From IMG/VR virus record IMGVR_UViG_3300028603_000001, positions 1 through 64,000 of that record: DNA of 64,000 nucleotides; one strand, 5' to 3'. The stretch comes from a virus (lineage: Duplodnaviria > Caudoviricetes). The position numbers and the translations under genes are program-made. Shown piece after piece: positions 57,021-64,000 of this stretch. Below the pieces are notes generated by a model. It saw only the letters and a program-made list of their open reading frames with translations. It made no database searches and was not told the DNA's origin. Positions within the stretch are counted from its first letter, which is position 1; each line of letters opens with the position of its first letter.

Positions 57021-58229
57021 TTATTCATCGCCTATTCTTTGTAGGTTTAATGTAGTTTTGTAACCATCACCGTCTATTCTATCTACTTGTTTTGTTATAA
57101 TATATAGTCCTGAATGTATATGTCTTTTTCCGAATAGTATTATATTTACTCTAACATATGTCATTAGTATAGCTGGTCGTAATAATCCCCTAATAGTTAA
57201 ACTAGCTTTTATTGGAAATTGTGTTATCTTATTCCACCAGGTCATGTCATCATTTCTTGTTTCATATAACGGGTTGTTACTAGAAATAACTGGTGCGTAA
57301 ATTTCCTCATATTCTCCATTTGCATTTATTCTTGAAACATATTCTTGAGGGTGTAATTCTTTTTGATAATTATAGAGAATTGAGTAATTTTCATCTTGCT
57401 CCACTGCAAAATTAAACACATAATTTGATCCTGGGTAGCCTATATCTAGCTGATATGCCTCAGGATGTAATATTTTATTATCAACTAAAACGATTTTAAA
57501 ATATGATCCTCCAAAAACCCCAGTTGTATCATCAACTATAGTCAAGACATAAAAAGCACCATTTGATACACCTCTATTAACATCTGGGGTCATAAGAGAT
57601 ACTAATTCATTTAAATAATCCAATACTGAGATATTATCATACTGTCTTATTGATACTTCCATATCTGTATTAGGAATTAATCCAGCGTTTGCAACTAATG
57701 TTAAATTTCGCATACCAGGGAATAAGTCTTGGAGACCATACTTTTCATTATCTTTTAATATATCCCAAATACGCATACTTGGTTGTACTGTTTCAGCTGG
57801 AAAAGGATATCCTCCGCTTAGTCCTAAAGAAGCTTGACTAACAGCTGTTATAGTATACTCTATAATAGCGCCATCTAAAAATCTTGAAGTTGTTTTTGTG
57901 ATAATTCCTACTTCATTTCTATATATGAAATTAGGCATAGAAGCATCACCATAGGTAAATTCTATCTTACGTGTTCCAGATACGCTTGAAAGGACTTTTT
58001 CAAAATAATTTGGGTCATTAAATTGGTTTATAACATAGACTAATGATAACACGTAAGTATTAACTTTTCCATTTACTTTTGTCACCTCTAATGACTTGAC
58101 ATAGTTTGGATATTGTTGAAACCCTGTTTTTTCATCTTTTTTATATACCCCAAAGCTATACTCACCAATATTCACTTGAACAACTGGAACCTGAACATAT
58201 ACCGGAGCTGTTATTAAACTTTGCGACAT
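57021..58229 (-). CDS. Baseplate hub protein (gp27/gpD-like)
   Basis: SGLYIIT...D.I...GYKTTL.L.R C-terminus; synteny. Confidence 0.75.
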   Translation of the reverse strand: MSQSLITAPVYVQVPVVQVNIGEYSFGVYKKDEKTGFQQYPNYVKSLEVTKVNGKVNTYVLSLVYVINQFNDPNYFEKVLSSVSGTRKIEFTYGDASMPNFIYRNEVGIITKTTSRFLDGAIIEYTITAVSQASLGLSGGYPFPAETVQPSMRIWDILKDNEKYGLQDLFPGMRNLTLVANAGLIPNTDMEVSIRQYDNISVLDYLNELVSLMTPDVNRGVSNGAFYVLTIVDDTTGVFGGSYFKIVLVDNKILHPEAYQLDIGYPGSNYVFNFAVEQDENYSILYNYQKELHPQEYVSRINANGEYEEIYAPVISSNNPLYETRNDDMTWWNKITQFPIKASLTIRGLLRPAILMTYVRVNIILFGKRHIHSGLYIITKQVDRIDGDGYKTTLNLQRIGDE

Positions 58230-58233
58230 ATTA

Positions 58234-58554
58234 TTATTCCCTATATTCCATAGAAGTGAGAGATGGAATTTTCAATGTTGTGTGATAATCACTTAATTTA
58301 ATAAATGGATCTCTGATATCATTAAAATCAGCTATAATCCAAAAATAATCAGGTCTTCCATAATATTTATTAGCTAATATATCTAGCGTATCTTCTTGTT
58401 TAACAGTAACTTTAACATATTGAATATTTTTTGATAAATGCCCTGTCAAACCATACATATATTTTTTATCTAAACTGTGATAATAAAAAGGAAAAGAAGC
58501 ATATCTAGATATATGTTCATATGATATTTTAGATTTGTTTTTTAGTACATCCAT
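58234..58554 (-). CDS. LysM-domain baseplate protein (gp53/gpX-like)
   Basis: DTLDILANKYYG....WIIADFN...LKIP. Confidence 0.85.
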   Translation of the reverse strand: MDVLKNKSKISYEHISRYASFPFYYHSLDKKYMYGLTGHLSKNIQYVKVTVKQEDTLDILANKYYGRPDYFWIIADFNDIRDPFIKLSDYHTTLKIPSLTSMEYRE

Positions 58555-58574
58555 AATTAAATCTCCTTCTAACC

Positions 58575-59177
58575 TTAATTATTTATAGCTTTAATCTTTT
58601 TTTCTATGTCTGAGGTAATACCTCGCAGACTTCCTAATTTTCCTACTGAATCTGCATCATATGGTTGAATTTCAGAAACAGTGAAAGATATTGTTGCTTG
58701 TGCATATTTATTGTTAACTAGTATTGGCAAATCATAAACAACACTGACACCGCCCTGTACAATACCTTTTATAAATACTGTATCACCAAATCTTACAGCA
58801 ACCATCGGTGGATTAACTAATTTATCACTTGCTTTATATCTTGGTAAAGCTATTGACTGTAATTTTTTAATTAATAAATCAACATAATCATCGTTATTTA
58901 TTCGAGTTTCAATATCACCATCTGCTGTATTATATTTGATTCTAGCAGCTCCAGTGTTAAAATTATTCATCATATCTCTATGTAGCTTCAATGTTATCTG
59001 TATTGATCTAGGCCCTGAGTTATTATATGAGTATACTGGGGCGGTTCTAGATAAAGCATTTTGGCTGCTGAAGTTTGAGTCTAGTTGATCTTGTAACGTA
59101 TCAGGGTATTGAGGTAAGATGAAATACTCATCTGTGTGGTATAAATATATATAACACTCTGGTAATTTGTAATTCAT
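58575..59177 (-). CDS. Tail tube initiator-like protein
   Basis: SR..P...Y..SGPR.I; NPP.V..RFG; synteny. Confidence 0.7.
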   Translation of the reverse strand: MNYKLPECYIYLYHTDEYFILPQYPDTLQDQLDSNFSSQNALSRTAPVYSYNNSGPRSIQITLKLHRDMMNNFNTGAARIKYNTADGDIETRINNDDYVDLLIKKLQSIALPRYKASDKLVNPPMVAVRFGDTVFIKGIVQGGVSVVYDLPILVNNKYAQATISFTVSEIQPYDADSVGKLGSLRGITSDIEKKIKAINN

Positions 59178-60280
59178 TATTTATCTTCTCCCATTCTAAA
59201 ATCAAACTGTACCTGGTCAAACTCTAGATTAGCTATCAGATATTTTTCAATATCTTTATCTACATAACCTAAGAAATCATATTTAATTAAACCATGAGAT
59301 ATAGCTATATATTTAATAATTTCAACATCATGGTTGTTCCAGATACCATATTTTCTGTTATTGCTTTGTAATTTCTCTAGCATTTTTTTCCCCACAAGAA
59401 AATTATCTAAAATAATTTGTATTCTTTTAATATCATATGGCTCGCTTAGTTCGTATATAACGTTCCCTGTTAAATATTCAACAATACGGTCAGCTAGCAA
59501 ATAATTACCTCTTGTGTTTTCTGTTGATAGAAGTTGTGCAGCTATTTTAATATCTACATTATCAATTTCACCAATAATTAAAGGATTTAAATTTAAATAT
59601 TTATCATAATATTTACCTTCAAGAACAACTATCGAGTTATTAAAATCTCTAGGTACCTTTAATAATAGAAATAAATCATTAGAAACTTCAGTATCTATTT
59701 CACCAACTTCATAGTGAAATAAATTATTTATCTTGATTTTTCTATATGTTTTTTTACTCAACGTTAAACCACTATCTTTTTCATCATATAAACACAATTC
59801 GATATTCTTTGTGTTGTGTATTGAGATAGAATACGTTGGTACTAATGAGATTGGAATTTTATAGCTTATAAAACCATTACTATTTGATTCAAAATTAATA
59901 TCAAAATCTCCTATATTGAATTTTATATCATAATCTAAGAATCTTTCATCAAAACAGTTATACATAGACATAAGATTTATCTTTTTAAAATCACGCATAA
60001 ATCTTAGATATTTTCCTAAATATTCATGAGTATACCTATCATAAATTAAATTTTCTATTTTTAGATTATCTGTTATATTAAGATACGGGTAATCATAAAT
60101 ATAATCAAAACATTTCTTACTTGAACCATTTGCGTTTTTATAATAGATATTATTGTTTTTGATGTAGTATGAATTAGGCATAAGATTATCATCACCAACT
60201 CGACATAAAGGGAGATTAAAATCTTTTAATATTTGTTTTATTTGTCCTACAAATATAGATGTATTATTTAATGAAATCAT
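59177..60280 (-). CDS. Hypothetical tail-region protein
   Basis: Long ORF in the tail operon. Confidence 0.7.
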   Translation of the reverse strand: MISLNNTSIFVGQIKQILKDFNLPLCRVGDDNLMPNSYYIKNNNIYYKNANGSSKKCFDYIYDYPYLNITDNLKIENLIYDRYTHEYLGKYLRFMRDFKKINLMSMYNCFDERFLDYDIKFNIGDFDINFESNSNGFISYKIPISLVPTYSISIHNTKNIELCLYDEKDSGLTLSKKTYRKIKINNLFHYEVGEIDTEVSNDLFLLLKVPRDFNNSIVVLEGKYYDKYLNLNPLIIGEIDNVDIKIAAQLLSTENTRGNYLLADRIVEYLTGNVIYELSEPYDIKRIQIILDNFLVGKKMLEKLQSNNRKYGIWNNHDVEIIKYIAISHGLIKYDFLGYVDKDIEKYLIANLEFDQVQFDFRMGEDK

Positions 60281-60291
60281 TTAATTTCTCC

Positions 60292-62796
60292 TTAAGCTCG
60301 TCTATTTACTTGAGTAAGACCTTCAATTAAAGTGCTACTTACTCCTAAGCTTGATGGTATTTTTCTATTTATTTCTGCTATATTTTCAACTATTGATTTA
60401 AAATCATCGATAAAGTTTATTTTATCTAAATACTCTGTAACAGGTGAAGCTGAAGAGACTGTTGTTACGCTTGTTAAATTGCTAGAAATCAAAGTGTTTT
60501 CAGAGCTAAATAATGGCATAACCGCTGTTTTATCGAAGATTTTACTTCCAAAATTAACAGAAGCTGTGCTATTTATAGCTGGAATAACCTTTTCTAGAAT
60601 ATTAGTATTTAAGGTAGTTAAAGCAGTTATAATATTAGTTGATTCAGTACTTATTTTATTTAACAGTTCGTATTTATTTGTTGCAGCAGCTGTTAGAGCT
60701 ACAGCAGTTCCTTTTAGGTCTACATCCTCTGCTAAATATTTTAATATTTTTAATGTTGGGTTATTTTCTTCTTGGCTAGATATTTCTTTTTGTAATTCTT
60801 TATCAGATTTACTTTTTTGTTGTGCTATTGTTGCTTCATGGTAGGAATCAGAATCTTCTTGACCGATATATGTTATCTGTGATGTCCCTGAACCACTTGT
60901 TCTCGCAGCACCTAAGTTTAATCCAGGTCCGAAAGTTTTGAAATTACCACTTCCTGCACTTATCTGTAATTTATCTAAAAGAACTTCTCCAGAACCAATA
61001 GATCTCATTCCATTTACTATGTTACCAATATTACCTAACATATTAACACCAACTAAACCAAGTTTCATTAAGTTTTCAACTGTTGTGTTAAGGTCAATTC
61101 CAGTTCCTAAAGCAGTGATAAATGGTATATTAATTCCACCAGTAACTCCTTGAATTAAATCAGTTATCTTCCACATAGCAAATGAAACAGGATTTGCAGC
61201 TATACTCATACCTGTTTGATATGTTAAATTGCTAAATAAGTTTTCTAATATATTTGCAATACCCATTCTAGATGGTAATTGATTAAATTGATTTCTCAAG
61301 CTTGTATACATTCCTGTATAAGATAATAGATCATCATTTATAGCTCTTATATCTGATTGCTGCATTTTTGCAACAGCAACTAAATCACTTATTGAAACAC
61401 CGAAAACTTTAGCTAATTCAGCTTTTGTTACATTGGTACCTGTATCAGCTAATGTTTGCAGATAACCAACCATCGACATTAACAATTTATTTGTTGTTGC
61501 TGCATCTAACCCCTCATTGAGAACTTCACCAATGTTTATACCAATAGCGCTTGCAGACATCGTAAGTAATTTTCCTATGTCATCTGTTAATACATCAACG
61601 TCTCCAGCACCTAATCTACCTAAAGCTGTTGCTATACTTTGTGCTGTTTGGTCACTTAAACCGATTCCAGTTAAAGTTCCTAACCATTTTTGAACAACAT
61701 ATTCAAACTCAAGAGAAGCTCCAACTCCGCTAGCTCTACCTAAAACAGCGCTTGCTTCTAATAAACTGCTTGCAACATTATCAAATGTGCTTTGTAAATA
61801 TTCTGTATTTTCAACATAGACATTTAAAAATCTAGTTAAATAACTCTCCATCCCTAAACGAGCTGCTGTGCTATCATTTCGTTGTATACGAATTATTCTA
61901 TTTAAAGACTCTGAGGTTGCATCAAATGTTGTTGATATGCCGTCCTTTATGGTAGCAAAGAATGCTCTTTGAGCTACATTAGTAACAATACCTTGATTAA
62001 CTAAATCATTCAAGTTAGAATATAAATTAGACGCAGAAATTAGGGGAGAAAAAGCTACTTCATCTAATGTATCAACTAGTTCACCAAAAGTTGTTCTTCC
62101 TTGTAATCTAGCGTTTATCGATGTTTGATATTTAGCATAATCAGAAATAGTTCTATTAATAACATTCAAACCTTCTGTTATCGCTTTTCCAACAGATTTA
62201 AGTGAGTTTATCATAGCTTTTTCTGCAGATCTTTGAGCAGCATTTCCTAAAGCTATTTCATCTGTTAATGGTTGAAAAAGCTGTTCTTTAAGAGCATCTC
62301 CAAATTCGTATCCTGCACCTTCTTGTTGCAACTTTTCTTTTCTTGCTTGCAACTCACCTTCTTTTTTAAGCTTAGCTAGTTCTTTTTCAACTTTTTTAGC
62401 TTCGCTATTTTGACCTTTACTCTTAAATACAGCAACCTCTTTTTCTTTCTTTAGTATATCTAACTGTTTTTTACGTTTATCTTCTTCTGTTTTGCTGAGA
62501 TTTTTTAAATTCTGGATCTCCGCTTCTAACTTATCTTTTAAATTTTCATCTTGCAGTCTTTGCTCATATTTCGCTACCTGCTCAGCTGTTTCAAAACGGT
62601 TTTGCAATATAGCTTCCATTACTTGTTTTTGTATATATTCTTGCTGTATGCGTTCTTGATCTTCTAACTTCGCTAGAGCATCACTACGTAATTTTAAAAA
62701 GTCAGCAGCTTCTTTTTTAGCTACTTCTTCTAATTTTTTGCTATATACTTCAAGAAGCTTTTGTATTTCTTCATATTCTTTGTTATTATTTGCCAT
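60292..62796 (-). CDS. Probable tape measure protein
   Basis: Coiled-coil, Ala/Gly-rich helical; between chaperone and tube initiator. Confidence 0.7.
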   Translation of the reverse strand: MANNNKEYEEIQKLLEVYSKKLEEVAKKEAADFLKLRSDALAKLEDQERIQQEYIQKQVMEAILQNRFETAEQVAKYEQRLQDENLKDKLEAEIQNLKNLSKTEEDKRKKQLDILKKEKEVAVFKSKGQNSEAKKVEKELAKLKKEGELQARKEKLQQEGAGYEFGDALKEQLFQPLTDEIALGNAAQRSAEKAMINSLKSVGKAITEGLNVINRTISDYAKYQTSINARLQGRTTFGELVDTLDEVAFSPLISASNLYSNLNDLVNQGIVTNVAQRAFFATIKDGISTTFDATSESLNRIIRIQRNDSTAARLGMESYLTRFLNVYVENTEYLQSTFDNVASSLLEASAVLGRASGVGASLEFEYVVQKWLGTLTGIGLSDQTAQSIATALGRLGAGDVDVLTDDIGKLLTMSASAIGINIGEVLNEGLDAATTNKLLMSMVGYLQTLADTGTNVTKAELAKVFGVSISDLVAVAKMQQSDIRAINDDLLSYTGMYTSLRNQFNQLPSRMGIANILENLFSNLTYQTGMSIAANPVSFAMWKITDLIQGVTGGINIPFITALGTGIDLNTTVENLMKLGLVGVNMLGNIGNIVNGMRSIGSGEVLLDKLQISAGSGNFKTFGPGLNLGAARTSGSGTSQITYIGQEDSDSYHEATIAQQKSKSDKELQKEISSQEENNPTLKILKYLAEDVDLKGTAVALTAAATNKYELLNKISTESTNIITALTTLNTNILEKVIPAINSTASVNFGSKIFDKTAVMPLFSSENTLISSNLTSVTTVSSASPVTEYLDKINFIDDFKSIVENIAEINRKIPSSLGVSSTLIEGLTQVNRRA

Positions 62797-62837
62797 AATT
62801 TATCCTCTTCTTATATAATTATAATAGGTAGTTTTTT

Positions 62838-63071
62838 CTAATTTTTCTTATTAGCTAAGCTTTCTTGTCTAGCTTTATCTAACATAGCTGCCCTCTGTTC
62901 CGCTTCTTTTATCAAAAATCTGATTATGTAATTACGTTCCGTCGGTGATATCTGTAAGACATCATTATAAGGGGTATTTAAATTTTTGCTTATTATGCAG
63001 CATTCATCAATTATTTCTTTATATCTAATAGGACCATATGGCTTACCATCTTCAGTCAGTTGTTGGTCCAA
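62838..63071 (-). CDS. Tail chaperone C-terminal part (gpT / gp51-like)
   Basis: Small ORF before tape measure; TTG start without SD; ISPTER. Confidence 0.6.
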   Translation of the reverse strand: MDQQLTEDGKPYGPIRYKEIIDECCIISKNLNTPYNDVLQISPTERNYIIRFLIKEAEQRAAMLDKARQESLANKKN

Positions 63072-63801
63072 AAAATTCAGATGTGATGCGAAAGGGAGTT
63101 CTCATTTCTGCACCACAATTAGCACATTTAATTGTAATTTCATTGTCAACACCAACAGCATTAGATAATTTAGTTGCTTGATTTAATATATAATTAGCGT
63201 CCCTACTTGGGAGATTTTTTATAAACTCTTCAACTGAAATTGGATCTAATATTTGACCATCAACCTTTTCTACTAGAGAGACTAATGTATATAAAACACT
63301 ATAATCGATATTTTGCTTTGTTTTCTTTTTCATTTCAGCACTTAAATATGCGATTTGATCTAAATCATGTGGTGTTTGAAACCTTAAAAGAACCTGTCTA
63401 TTAGTTTTAGGTAAAGTAATCATTTTTTGTTTTATTATATCTGGTGTATACTCATTTACAGCTAAAGAGTCAAGATTAGCTATCGATTCAGTAACAGCAT
63501 CACAATGGTTACATTTAATCAGCATTTTATATTCTGGTCCATATGTAACAACTCTTAACTTATGTAGTAAAAATTGATAATCACCAAGAGCCATATTATA
63601 AACATGAATTGAAGGCTTTTCTTGCATACATGCTTCAATTATATCGCTCATAACCTTATATGGTGTATCAGTTGGGCTTAATCTTTTCATTTCCTCTAAA
63701 GTAGTCATACTTCTTAAAGTTACTCGAGGATTAACCTCTTTGTCGTATATTAATCCTTTCGATGGTAAAGTAAAACTTTCAAATATAGTTGCATTATTCA
63801 T
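63052..63801 (-). CDS. Tail/baseplate hub assembly chaperone (T4 gp26-like)
   Basis: LPSKG..Y, R.MT..EE, LR..TYG, CxxC twice, EFF end. Confidence 0.8.
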   Translation of the reverse strand: MNNATIFESFTLPSKGLIYDKEVNPRVTLRSMTTLEEMKRLSPTDTPYKVMSDIIEACMQEKPSIHVYNMALGDYQFLLHKLRVVTYGPEYKMLIKCNHCDAVTESIANLDSLAVNEYTPDIIKQKMITLPKTNRQVLLRFQTPHDLDQIAYLSAEMKKKTKQNIDYSVLYTLVSLVEKVDGQILDPISVEEFIKNLPSRDANYILNQATKLSNAVGVDNEITIKCANCGAEMRTPFRITSEFFGPTTD

Positions 63802-64000
63802 TTATTTATTTTCCTTTCGTATTTTTAATTTTAAATCATATAAAATTTCTAAACCATATGCTTTCGCAACAGTATGCTCAATGCGACATCCGCGAGCATT
63901 TTCCCAACCCTTGATAAAATAAACAGCATCACATAAAGACATATATTCTAACGATTTTGCTAAATATGCTACTGATTCTTGTTTTGTGGCAGAGGTGATA
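63802..64000 (-). CDS. DUF4406-like (nucleoside deoxyribosyltransferase-fold) protein, partial
   Basis: Translated by hand: YLAKSLEYMSLCDAVYFIKGWENARGCRIEHTVAKAYGL. Confidence 0.8.
   Translation of the reverse strand, partial: ITSATKQESVAYLAKSLEYMSLCDAVYFIKGWENARGCRIEHTVAKAYGLEILYDLKLKIRKENK

Noticed and set aside
2214-63922. Numerous plus-strand ORFs rich in Ser/Ile/Phe/Leu
   Set aside because: Shadow frames of minus-strand genes; no SD or motifs
1-64000. Stop-codon reassignment (code 4 or 15)
   Set aside because: Conserved genes are intact in code 11; TGA and TAG end genes with coupled downstream starts; the tRNA-Trp has a CCA anticodon and no suppressor tRNA was seen

Overview
AT-rich segment of a large T4-like (contractile-tailed) bacteriophage genome. 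Standard code 11: TAA, TAG and TGA all act as stops. Essentially every real gene is on the minus strand. In transcription order (right to left) it holds: a tail/baseplate module (chaperone, tape measure, LysM/gp53-like, hub, spike, gp25, gp6-like wedge, fibre), holin-like genes and a neck protein; a terminase large subunit fractured by a split intein whose N-half carries a GIY-YIG endonuclease; portal, several probable capsid-internal proteins (two with BspA-type LRRs), protease-scaffold fusion and major capsid protein; a ~12.7 kb translationally coupled array of small, partly chimeric accessory genes; a radical SAM gene fractured by a second split intein with a free-standing HNH gene between the halves; a Thg1-like tRNA guanylyltransferase; a 1.1 kb non-coding region; and six tRNAs with a candidate theta (HDV-like) ribozyme. 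Two recurring promoter-like motifs (TGCTAAATT and AATTGTAT) and several structured-RNA candidates are visible. All functional calls come from motif recognition by eye; no database search was run.
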